A stretch of 48,743 nt of DNA, taken from Clostridia bacterium. Lineage in GTDB: Bacteria > Bacillota > Clostridia > Christensenellales > CAG-314. Below, piece by piece: positions 19,186 to 27,768 of the stretch. Position numbers and translations under genes: made by a program. The notes under the pieces were generated by a model. It was not told the DNA's origin, did not search any database, and saw only the letters and a program-made list of their open reading frames with translations. The stretch's first letter is position 1. Every line of letters begins with the position of its first letter. The stretch spans positions 1-48,743 of the forward strand of contig JAFVQA010000068.1 of the NCBI GenBank assembly GCA_017505015.1, read 5' to 3'.

Positions 19186-20487
19186 ATGAATGAAAAAATC
19201 ACAGCAATAAGCACCCCTATCGGCCGTGGTGCAATTTCTATCGTGCGAATGAGTGGTGACGGCGTTATTGACGTTGCCAGACAAATGTTTGCAAAAATGC
19301 CAGATCAACCCGGTTTGTTGCAACTTGGCAAACTTGACGCAGGCGAATTTTGCGACCAGGCAATGTGCGTTTATTTTAAAGCACCAAGGTCATATACCGG
19401 CGAAGATATGGTAGAGTTTCAGTTGCATGGTGGCTATGCCATTGCAAACGGTGTGCTTAAAGCGTGCATTCAAAAAGGTTGCCGTCTTGCAGAAAATGGT
19501 GAGTTTACAAAACGAGCATATCTCAACGGAAAAATTAACCTTTCTAACGTAGAAGGTATTATGGATATGATCGATGCCGAAAATATTGCCGCTGTAGAAA
19601 ACGGATATAAAATGCTTTCGGGCAAACTTGACGGCAAAATAAATTTGTTGCAAGACAAACTCACAGATCTTTTGGCTCAGATAGAAGTTGCGCTTGACTA
19701 TCCAGAAGAAGACCTTGAATTTATAACTAAAGATCAGGTGCAAGACGTTTTGCATTTTGCTATTGACGAAACTCAAAAGCTTTTGGACAGTGCGTCTAAA
19801 GGTCGCATCATTAAAAACGGTGTGGACATTGCAATTGTGGGCAAAACAAACGTTGGCAAAAGTTCGCTCCTCAATGCCCTTGTTGGTTTTGACAGAGCAA
19901 TAGTAACCAACATAGAAGGAACAACACGCGATACCCTCAGTGAAAGTTATATTTACAAAGACGTAAAATTTAACTTTATTGACACAGCAGGTTTGCGTCA
20001 GACAGATGACGTTGTAGAAAGCATTGGCATAGAAAGGTCTTTGCAGGCTGTTGAAAAGGCAGACATTGTTTTGCTTGTGTTTGACGGTGGCGAAATTCCG
20101 CAGGAATATATCGAAATAAAAACAAACCCAAAAACAATTTGCGTGTTTAACAAGGCAGACTTAATGACAAACCCGGACAAAAACGTTTTGTCTGTATCTG
20201 CAAAAACCGGTGAAAACGTAGAACAACTCAAGTCACAGGTTTATGACAAAATAAAGGCTGACAACGTGTCTTCTACCGACGTGGTAATTACAAATGCAAG
20301 ACACATTGATTGCCTGCAACGTGCAAACGACAGCCTTAAAACGGCATTGCAAAACAGTTTTATAACACTCGACTGCATTGCGTTGGAAATTAAAGAAGGC
20401 TGGCAGGCATTGGGTGAAATAACAGGCACAACTGCCAGCGAAGACGTTGTAACCCGCATTTTTGAAAAGTTTTGTGTAGGTAAATAG
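19186..20487 (+). CDS. mnmE: tRNA modification GTPase MnmE
   Basis: ORF track. G1 GKTNVGKSSLLN, G3 DTAGLR, NKADL, C-terminal FCVGK. Confidence 0.95.
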   Translation: MNEKITAISTPIGRGAISIVRMSGDGVIDVARQMFAKMPDQPGLLQLGKLDAGEFCDQAMCVYFKAPRSYTGEDMVEFQLHGGYAIANGVLKACIQKGCRLAENGEFTKRAYLNGKINLSNVEGIMDMIDAENIAAVENGYKMLSGKLDGKINLLQDKLTDLLAQIEVALDYPEEDLEFITKDQVQDVLHFAIDETQKLLDSASKGRIIKNGVDIAIVGKTNVGKSSLLNALVGFDRAIVTNIEGTTRDTLSESYIYKDVKFNFIDTAGLRQTDDVVESIGIERSLQAVEKADIVLLVFDGGEIPQEYIEIKTNPKTICVFNKADLMTNPDKNVLSVSAKTGENVEQLKSQVYDKIKADNVSSTDVVITNARHIDCLQRANDSLKTALQNSFITLDCIALEIKEGWQALGEITGTTASEDVVTRIFEKFCVGK

Positions 20488-20571
20488 TATAAAGAACTAT
20501 ACTTTATATCTGCACAGACCCCCTAGCGATTTTGCTTGCAAAACGCGTCAAAGTTCTGCGTAGGAAAATAA

Positions 20572-20985
20572 CACACTTAAAAAGTGTGCAAAAGTAGGCT
20601 CTGTATGGAGTGCAGTTGTTTTATAAAACTTTTATTGTGCTAATAAGTTGCAGAAGCACGCATTCACGAGTAAAGATTTTGTAAACTATACAAAGAAAGT
20701 GTCACTGTGTAAAAGGTATCACTACGAGTAAAAAGTGTGCAAAAGTATGGCTTTACATACAGTTCAGCTGTAAAACAAAGCCTTTATGGTGCTGTCGGGT
20801 TTTGCATTATTACAAATTTTGCCACGCTTTTTTAAAGCGTGTGTTGAACGTGCAAAAAAGATTTGATATGAAATAGCAAAGATTTTTTGCTCATTAAAAA
20901 AACAAAAATAAAAATATAAAACAAAACAATATAAAAAGCAATACTGTTTGTGCAGGATTTGTGAAATCCTGCCCCACGGAGTGAT
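20572..20985 (+). repeat. composite intergenic element E, copy E3 (upstream of mnmG)
   Basis: CACACTTAAAAAGTGTG, then the 64-nt block (20589-20652), an S-filled palindrome, a diverged second block (about 20745-20800) and CACGCTTTTTTAAAGCGTG. Ends with ATACTGTTTGTGCAGGATTTGTGAAATCCTGCCCCACGGAGTG, which is almost identical to the reverse complement of 15815-15860. Confidence 0.8.
20662..20730 (+). repeat. sub-element S (about 69 nt) filling a palindrome loop inside E3
   Basis: GCACGC-[ATTCACGAGTAAAG...58-nt spacing...CTACGAGTA]-AAAAGTGTGC. Confidence 0.65.
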
Positions 20986-21107
20986 AGAGCAAAAAAACAC
21001 ACACCTCTCATGGCATTGAGAACACTCTCCCGTGCGTATGACATACCCCTGCCAAGCCAATGGCAGATAAAATGATAAAAAATCCTTTATATAAAAAGGT
21101 GAAAGAT

Positions 21108-22985
21108 ATGATGGAAAGAGATCAAAATTTTGTATATGACGTGATTGTCGTTGGTGCAGGTCACGCTGGTTGCGAAGCCGGCCTTGCAGCGGCAAGAATG
21201 GGCAAAAAAACACTTGTTATGGCAACCAACCTTGATACGGTTGGTTATTTGGCGTGCAACCCGTCTGTTGGTGGAACAGCCAAAGGCAACATAGTAAAAG
21301 AAATTGACGCACTTGGTGGCGAAATGGGTGTAAACACAGATAAAACACTCATTCAGCTGAGAATGCTCAACCGTGGCAAAGGCCCTGCCGTGCACTGCCC
21401 AAGAGCGCAGGTAGATAAATATAAATATCATTTTGAAATGAAGCGCACAATGGAACACACACCAAACCTGTTTTTGCGACAGGCAGAAGGTGCGTGGGTT
21501 TTGCATGATGACAAAAAGGTTTTTGGCGTTAAGTCTGCCCAGGGTCTCACTTATTATGCCGATGCAGTTATTCTGGCAACAGGTGTTTATCTCAATGCAA
21601 GGATAATTGTTGGCGAATGGACAAACGACGTTGGTCCAAACGGTTTTGCAAGTGCAAAAAATCTTACTGACAGCCTTGTTGAAATGGGTTTTGAAGTAAG
21701 ACGTTTTAAAACAGGCACACCTGCCAGAGTTCACGCGCGAAGCATTGATTTTGACAAACTCATTCCACAACCGGGCGAACCTGATATGCCACCTTTTTCT
21801 TATTTGCATGGTGATTTGCCAAACAAACAATATGACTGTTATCTCACTTATACTGCGCCAGAAACTCACGACGTAATAAGGTCAAACATAGACAGAGCAC
21901 CACTTTTTTCTGGCACGATTAAAGGCACAGGCCCAAGATATTGCCCTTCTATCGAAGACAAAGTTACACGCTTTGCAGATAAAGAAAGACACCAGATCTT
22001 TTTGGAAAGAGAAGGTCTTGACACAGACGAAATTTACGTTCAGGGCATGAGCAGCAGTATGCCTGCAGAAATTCAATATAAAATTTATAAAACAATACCA
22101 GGTCTTGAAAGGGTTGAAATAATGCGTGATGCCTATGCCATTGAATACGATTGCATAGACCCAACGCAACTTTACCCTACACTTATGTATAAAAACCTTG
22201 ACGGTTTGTTCTGCGCCGGTCAGATAAACGGCACAAGCGGTTATGAAGAAGCAGCAGGTCAGGGTCTTGTAGCAGGTATCAATGCTGTGAGATATCTTGA
22301 CGGCAAAGAAATGCTTGTGCTTGACAGAGCAACTTCGTATATCGGTGTGCTCATTGACGACCTTACTACAAAAGGAACAAACGAACCATATCGTATGATG
22401 ACAAGCCGTGCAGAATATCGTTTGTTGTTAAGACAAGACAATGCAGATACTCGTCTTACGCAAATAGGCAGAGATATGGGTCTTGTAAATGACGAAAGAT
22501 ATGAAATATTCCTTAAAAAGCAGGCAGAAATGAAAGAAATTTTTGCCGTGCTTGAAACTAAACGCAAACCAAAAGAATTTAAAGAATTGTTTGAAAGAAA
22601 AGGCGAAATCGTGCCTAACAATGCTTTGAGTTACAAAGAAATGTTGCGCAGACACAACGTAAACATTTTCGACCTTAAAAACGAGTTTGGCATTTTGAGT
22701 GAAATGAGCAAACAAGCGTTGGAACAAGCTGAAACAGACGTTAAATACGAAGGCTATATTCAAAAAGAACGCGAACAGGTCGAACAGTTTAACAAAATGG
22801 AAAAACGCAAACTTCCTGCTGATATAAACTATGACGAAATCAGTGGTTTGCGAATTGAAGCAAGACAAAAACTCAACAAAATCAAGCCACAGAACCTCGG
22901 TCAGGCATCACGTATTTCGGGTGTTTCACCTGCCGACGTAACAGTGCTTATCGTGTGGTTGGCGCAAAATAAAAAGGATAACTGA
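21108..22985 (+). CDS. mnmG: tRNA uridine 5-carboxymethylaminomethyl modification enzyme MnmG (GidA)
   Basis: ORF 21060..22985 trimmed to the ATG at 21108 behind SD AAAGGTGA. FAD motif DVIVVGAGHAGCEA, plus PRYCPSIEDK and GQINGTSGYEEAA. Confidence 0.95.
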   Translation: MMERDQNFVYDVIVVGAGHAGCEAGLAAARMGKKTLVMATNLDTVGYLACNPSVGGTAKGNIVKEIDALGGEMGVNTDKTLIQLRMLNRGKGPAVHCPRAQVDKYKYHFEMKRTMEHTPNLFLRQAEGAWVLHDDKKVFGVKSAQGLTYYADAVILATGVYLNARIIVGEWTNDVGPNGFASAKNLTDSLVEMGFEVRRFKTGTPARVHARSIDFDKLIPQPGEPDMPPFSYLHGDLPNKQYDCYLTYTAPETHDVIRSNIDRAPLFSGTIKGTGPRYCPSIEDKVTRFADKERHQIFLEREGLDTDEIYVQGMSSSMPAEIQYKIYKTIPGLERVEIMRDAYAIEYDCIDPTQLYPTLMYKNLDGLFCAGQINGTSGYEEAAGQGLVAGINAVRYLDGKEMLVLDRATSYIGVLIDDLTTKGTNEPYRMMTSRAEYRLLLRQDNADTRLTQIGRDMGLVNDERYEIFLKKQAEMKEIFAVLETKRKPKEFKELFERKGEIVPNNALSYKEMLRRHNVNIFDLKNEFGILSEMSKQALEQAETDVKYEGYIQKEREQVEQFNKMEKRKLPADINYDEISGLRIEARQKLNKIKPQNLGQASRISGVSPADVTVLIVWLAQNKKDN

Positions 22986-23659
22986 TGGACAAGCAAAAAA
23001 CATTGCAGTTGTTGCAAGACAAAAAAGAACAGTTTGACAAATATCACAAACTATTGGTTGAGTGGAACGAAAAAATCAACCTCACTGCAATAACAGAATA
23101 TGACGAAGTGTTTGTAAAACACTTTGAAGACAGCATTGCAGGTGAAAGCCTTGTTCCACAAAATGCAACCGTTTGTGACGTTGGCACAGGCGCCGGCTTT
23201 CCTGGGGTGCCACTTAAAATAGTGCGCAAAGATATCAAACTCACCCTTATGGACAGTTTGAACAAACGCATAAATTTTTTGCAGACTGTGTCAGACGAAA
23301 TTGGTCTTGGTGCAAGATGCATTCACACCAGGGCAGAAGATGCCGGCAAAGGTGAATATCGCGAAAAGTTTGACGTTGTTACTGCACGTGCAGTTGCAAG
23401 GCTCAACACCCTTTGCGAATATTGTTTGCCACTCGTTAAAGTTGGTGGAAAGTTTTTGGCATATAAAGCTTTGGTAGAAAAAGAACTTGAAGAAAGCCAA
23501 AAAGCAATAAAATTGCTTGGAGGAAAGGTAGAACAGATTTGCAAATTTGACCTTTCTAACGGCGACGGCAGATGTATTGTGGTGATAAGCAAAGTATCTC
23601 ACACGCCAGCAAAATATCCTCGTGGCAAGGGCAAAGAAAGATCTGCCCCGATAGTTTGA
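22985..23659 (+). CDS. rsmG: 16S rRNA (guanine527-N7)-methyltransferase RsmG (GidB)
   Basis: ORF track. SAM motif DVGTGAGFPGVPLKI. The ATG overlaps the mnmG stop (ATGA-type overlap). Confidence 0.9.
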   Translation: MDKQKTLQLLQDKKEQFDKYHKLLVEWNEKINLTAITEYDEVFVKHFEDSIAGESLVPQNATVCDVGTGAGFPGVPLKIVRKDIKLTLMDSLNKRINFLQTVSDEIGLGARCIHTRAEDAGKGEYREKFDVVTARAVARLNTLCEYCLPLVKVGGKFLAYKALVEKELEESQKAIKLLGGKVEQICKFDLSNGDGRCIVVISKVSHTPAKYPRGKGKERSAPIV

Positions 23660-23814
23660 TTATTTGCGATATATGCATGCCAACGTTGCGAGAGATATCT
23701 CTCGTGCCCACGGCAGACCCATCTCGTGCTAATGAGAGGCATATGTAGCCAAAAATTGTTGTACAAAAAAGCAAAAGTCAAAAAGGCGTGCCAAAACGAT
23801 AAAACGCCTCTCTC

Positions 23815-23852
23815 GCGGGCATGGCAGACATGTGCCAAGGTCATGGGAGCAT
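23815..23852. repeat. partial, diverged copy of palindrome-cluster repeat P
   Basis: GCATGGCAGACATGTGCCAAGGTCATGG resembles 5885-5912 and 11135-11162. Nearby is the perfect 16-nt palindrome CGAGAGATATCTCTCG (23688-23703). Confidence 0.4.
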
Positions 23853-24035
23853 GTTTTGACGCAAACAATGCGTTTTGTGTGAAATGATAAAAACAGTTTT
23901 TCAATAACGTTGCCGGCGCCACTTTTGCAAAAAAGGCACAAGTTTTTTGGCAAACTTTATTGAAGAAACACACTTGATATGATATATTAAACTATATCTT
24001 ATTTAACTAAAGATATGGTATTTCAGGAGAAAAAA

Positions 24036-24800
24036 ATGGGAAAAATCATAGCGTTTTCAAACCAGAAAGGTGGCGTAGGAAAAACAACGACGGTATTGAA
24101 CGTTGCCGACTACGTTGCAAAAGCTGGCAAAAAAGTTTTAATGATAGACATAGACCCACAAGGCAACCTTACCAGTGGCTATGGAATTGAAAAAAACAAA
24201 CTCGAACTTTCGCTTTATGACCTTATGCTTGGTCAGGCAAAGTTTGACGACGTTGTTTTAAAAACTGCATATGAAAGGCTTGATATTTTGCCATGCAATA
24301 TGGACCTTGCAAGTCTTGAGGTTGAGCTGTCAACCGTGCCAAACCGCACCCTTGTGCTTGACAGAGCAATTAAAGGTTATGCCGACAGATATGACTTTGT
24401 GTTTATCGACTGCCCACCATCTTTGGGTGTGCTTACACTCAATGCATTGTGTGCGTGTGATGGCGTGATTGTTCCAATTCAAAGCGAGTTTTTTGCGCTC
24501 GAAGGTTTGAGTCAACTTATGAACAGCATAAAACTTGTTCGCGACAGAATTAACCCAAGAATAAACGTAGAAGGCGTTGTGCTCACAATGTATGACGGTC
24601 GCTCACTTATGGCAAGACAGGTTACACAAGAAATCAAAAAATATTTTGGAGCAAAAGTGTTTGAGGTGCCTGCGCCACGAAACATAAAACTTTGCGAAAG
24701 CCCAAGTTTTGGTGTGCCAATTTCAGAACACGCACCAAAATCACGCGGCGGCGTGGCATATGCAAAAATAGCAGAAGAATTTTTGAGGAGGATGAACTGA
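24036..24800 (+). CDS. parA: ParA/Soj chromosome partitioning ATPase
   Basis: ORF 24015..24800 trimmed to MGKIIAFSNQKGGVGKTT (deviant Walker A) behind SD AGGAGA. Confidence 0.92.
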   Translation: MGKIIAFSNQKGGVGKTTTVLNVADYVAKAGKKVLMIDIDPQGNLTSGYGIEKNKLELSLYDLMLGQAKFDDVVLKTAYERLDILPCNMDLASLEVELSTVPNRTLVLDRAIKGYADRYDFVFIDCPPSLGVLTLNALCACDGVIVPIQSEFFALEGLSQLMNSIKLVRDRINPRINVEGVVLTMYDGRSLMARQVTQEIKKYFGAKVFEVPAPRNIKLCESPSFGVPISEHAPKSRGGVAYAKIAEEFLRRMN

Positions 24801-24801
24801 T

Positions 24802-25713
24802 ATGGCAAAAAAAGGATTGGGAAGAACGTTTGATTCGTTGCTTGGTATAAACGATATTCCGGAAAAAGAAACAGTTTTGTCCACTGAAGAAAGAATTAAA
24901 TCGCTCAAACAAAAAATGGAGTCAGGCGAAGTAAGAGAAGTTGAAATTGGCGACATTGACCCAAACTATGAGCAACCACGCAAAATTTTTGAGCCAAACG
25001 CACTCAAAGAACTTGCAGACAGCATTAAAACACACGGCATAATTCAACCAATCGTGCTTGTTCAAATGGGCATGAGATATATGATTATTGCCGGCGAACG
25101 TCGTTGGCGTGCTGCAAAAATTGCAGGCCTTAAATCTGTGCCCGCGGTTATTAAACAATATACTCCACAACAGATAAAAGAAGTTTCACTCATTGAAAAC
25201 CTTCAACGTGAAGATCTCAACCCTGTTGAAACGGCAAGAGCAATTAAACAACTGATGGAAGAATGCAATATGACGCAGGAATCTGTTGCCGACAGACTTG
25301 GCAAAAGCAGACCTGCCATTGCAAACACACTTCGTCTTTTGACACTTGACAATGCCGTTTTGGAAATGGTAGAAAAAAACAAACTTTCTGCCGGTCATGC
25401 CAGAACACTCGTTGTTGTTTCTGACGTAGAAGCACAAATTAAACTTGCGCAAAAAGCATGCAATATGTCTGTTCGTGATACAGAAAAAATGGTGAGAGAT
25501 TATCTCAACCCAAAACCTGTTAAAGAAAAACCACAACAGTCAATTGAACTTAAAGAACTTGTTGGCAATATGCAACGTGTTTTTGCAACAAAAGTTGGTG
25601 CTATCGGCAACGACAACAAAGGCAGACTTTACATAGACTATTATACAAAAGACGATCTCGATCGCATTTGTGATTTGATAGAAGAAATTAAAAACAATCA
25701 AACAAAAAACTAA
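24802..25713 (+). CDS. parB: ParB/Spo0J chromosome partitioning protein
   Basis: ORF track. GERRWRAAK box, HTH ESVADRLGKSRPAIANTLRLL, LSAGHAR. Confidence 0.92.
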   Translation: MAKKGLGRTFDSLLGINDIPEKETVLSTEERIKSLKQKMESGEVREVEIGDIDPNYEQPRKIFEPNALKELADSIKTHGIIQPIVLVQMGMRYMIIAGERRWRAAKIAGLKSVPAVIKQYTPQQIKEVSLIENLQREDLNPVETARAIKQLMEECNMTQESVADRLGKSRPAIANTLRLLTLDNAVLEMVEKNKLSAGHARTLVVVSDVEAQIKLAQKACNMSVRDTEKMVRDYLNPKPVKEKPQQSIELKELVGNMQRVFATKVGAIGNDNKGRLYIDYYTKDDLDRICDLIEEIKNNQTKN

Positions 25714-25746
25714 TAGCGAACATTGTTCATTATTAAAGGAGGATGG

Positions 25747-26520
25747 ATGAACGGCTTTGTTACCATAGAAGCGCTGGGATTTTCAATGGCAATTGTTGAC
25801 CTTGTGGTTATCCTTTACGCTTTGGTTATGGCATTGGTGGGCATTAAAAAAGGCTTTATCAAAATGCTGTTTAAGTTGTTCGGAACTCTTGCCGTAGTTG
25901 TCGGTTCAGTTCTTTTAGCGTCAAGTCTTAGCGAAGTTCTTGTTGGCCCTCTTGGTCATTATATAGAAAACCCTGTTATCGAATGGATGAGTGGTCTTAC
26001 AACTGAAAGCGGAATTGAAATTTTCACTCAACCATTCAACTGGGCAGACGCCGGTGTTCGGCAAGAACTTTTGCCAATGGCACTTGCAGCAATGGGATTG
26101 CCAAATTTTGTTGCAGGCATTATCATTGATCTGGGAGTGTTTAGCAGCGTTCTTGCAGAAGCAGGAACTTGTGCATTGATAGATGTTTTGCCATCTGCAA
26201 TAACAGCAATTGCAATGAGGGTTATTTCATTTGTAATTTTGCTTATTTTGCTTGGCATTGCTCTTGCCATTGTAAAACGCATATTGACAAGCCTTACAGA
26301 ATTTAGTCTTTTTGGTGGCATCAACAAATTACTTGGTTTTATATTTGGTCTGGCGCAAGCATATATCATTATTTCAATTATTCTTGTTGCACTCAGTTAT
26401 ATTCCTGCGCCTGGCGTGTTAGAAGCAATTCAGGCACAAATTGATGCATCTTACATCACAAAGATACTTGCAGAAAACAACTGGATTGGCAATTGGCTTA
26501 TTTCGACAGTTTTGCCATAA
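25747..26520 (+). CDS. CvpA-family membrane protein
   Basis: ORF 25723..26520 trimmed to MNGF (ATG 25747) behind SD AGGAGG. The N-terminal DLVVILYALVMALVGIKKGFIKMLF motif is typical of CvpA. Several TM segments. Confidence 0.65.
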   Translation: MNGFVTIEALGFSMAIVDLVVILYALVMALVGIKKGFIKMLFKLFGTLAVVVGSVLLASSLSEVLVGPLGHYIENPVIEWMSGLTTESGIEIFTQPFNWADAGVRQELLPMALAAMGLPNFVAGIIIDLGVFSSVLAEAGTCALIDVLPSAITAIAMRVISFVILLILLGIALAIVKRILTSLTEFSLFGGINKLLGFIFGLAQAYIIISIILVALSYIPAPGVLEAIQAQIDASYITKILAENNWIGNWLISTVLP

Positions 26521-26544
26521 CCCATCAAAACAAAACAACAAATC

Positions 26545-26567
26545 AAGAGGCGAAAGCCTCTTTTTTT
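26545..26567 (+). terminator. intrinsic terminator after cvpA-like gene
   Basis: GAGGC-GAAA-GCCTC followed by T7. Confidence 0.75.
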
Positions 26568-26715
26568 GTGACTTTTTACATAAATATATCAAAAAACTGT
26601 CAAAAACAAGTATTTTTGCCTTAAAACACCGCTAAAACGGTTAATTTTGCTACAAAACAGCATATTTCACTTCAAAATGCTGTTTTAAACTAGGTGTTTG
26701 CTTCAAGCATCAAAT

Positions 26716-26731
26716 TGTGCCACGTGAAACG
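26716..26731. promoter_or_regulatory. parS site 1 (TGTGCCACGTGAAACG, 14/16)
   Basis: Match to the Firmicute parS consensus TGTTNCACGTGAAACA. Confidence 0.75.
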
Positions 26732-26751
26732 TGGGTTTTGATTGTTTTATT

Positions 26752-26767
26752 GGTTTCACGTGAAACA
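26752..26767. promoter_or_regulatory. parS site 2 (GGTTTCACGTGAAACA, 15/16)
   Basis: Match to the parS consensus. One mismatch from the perfectly palindromic form. Confidence 0.8.
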
Positions 26768-26791
26768 TTCGTTTTTTGAGATATTTTTATT

Positions 26792-26807
26792 GGTTTCACG
26801 TGAAACG
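26792..26807. promoter_or_regulatory. parS site 3 (GGTTTCACGTGAAACG, 14/16)
   Basis: Match to the parS consensus. Confidence 0.75.
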
Positions 26808-26829
26808 TCGCAAAAAGTCTTTAAACTTT

Positions 26830-26845
26830 TGTTCCACGTGAAACA
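26830..26845. promoter_or_regulatory. parS site 4 (TGTTCCACGTGAAACA, 16/16)
   Basis: Exact match to the B. subtilis-type parS consensus. Confidence 0.9.
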
Positions 26846-27061
26846 CAAACAATCAGCCTTAGAACATTTACATTAAAATTTTTTTGTTTTAACTGATATT
26901 TTTGCAAAAAGACCAGGATTTTCCTTAAAAACCTGAGCAAAACCCAATATTTCGCCACTAAAAGGACAAATTTAACTTAAAAAATAATAAAAATCGGCAA
27001 AAATAACTTTTTAGGTATAAAACTGTTTTAACTTGTCAATAATGTGTGCAGAGGTGAAAAT

Positions 27062-27583
27062 ATGGTTAGTGTAGATATAAAAGATGAAAAATGTACTGAA
27101 AAATTAGAGTGCAAGCTAAAATCTTTGCTAAAAGACAAAAAAATTGTGGTTTTGTGCATTGGCAGCGATAAGGTTGTTGGCGACAGTCTTGGCCCTTCGG
27201 TGGGAACAATGCTTTTAGATGGGCTGAACAGTGACGTTATCGTTTATGGAACGTTGCAAACCAACGTTAATGCCAAAAATCTGCTGTTGGTTAAAGAAAT
27301 GATAAAAGTGTTGCATCCAGACAGAACCTTGCTTTGCATTGATGCCGCGTTGGGTGTTGCAAGTGAGGTTGGCACAATTCAGATATATAACCATGGGCTT
27401 TACCCTGGCTCTGCAACGAACAAAAATCTCCCTTGTGTTGGCGACTTGTCTATTGTGGGTGTTGTCAACCAAAAAATGTGCGCTTTTGAGCTTTCTATGC
27501 TTTATACGGCAAAATTTAATTTGATAAATGAAATGGCGCAAACAATTTGCAACACAATTTTGTCTTGCGTAAATCAAAAATGA
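27062..27583 (+). CDS. yyaC: spore protease YyaC (DUF1256 family)
   Basis: ORF 27044..27583 trimmed to MVSVDIK behind SD GAGGTGA. Motifs CIGSDKVVGDSLGPSVG, VYGTL, IDAALG, PG..T.KNLP.VGD..I.G.VN. Origin-proximal position next to parB, as in Bacillus. Confidence 0.8.
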   Translation: MVSVDIKDEKCTEKLECKLKSLLKDKKIVVLCIGSDKVVGDSLGPSVGTMLLDGLNSDVIVYGTLQTNVNAKNLLLVKEMIKVLHPDRTLLCIDAALGVASEVGTIQIYNHGLYPGSATNKNLPCVGDLSIVGVVNQKMCAFELSMLYTAKFNLINEMAQTICNTILSCVNQK

Positions 27584-27676
27584 ACAAAAATACATTATAT
27601 TTATTTTTATATAAAAACAGATGAACATTGAAAAAAGGCTTGTTTTAATTTTGTTGACAAATCAACTTAGCAACCA

Positions 27677-27705
27677 TTGACAACCATTTTTCTTTATGCT
27701 ACAAT
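27677..27705 (+). promoter_or_regulatory. sigma-A-type promoter for ftsH (TTGACA-17-TACAAT)
   Basis: TTGACA 27677-27682, a 17-nt spacer, TACAAT 27700-27705. Confidence 0.6.
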
Positions 27706-27768
27706 AATTGCCAACTAATTAGACTATAATAATAAGGTATAATTAAATATAAATAAGGAGAAAAAAGG

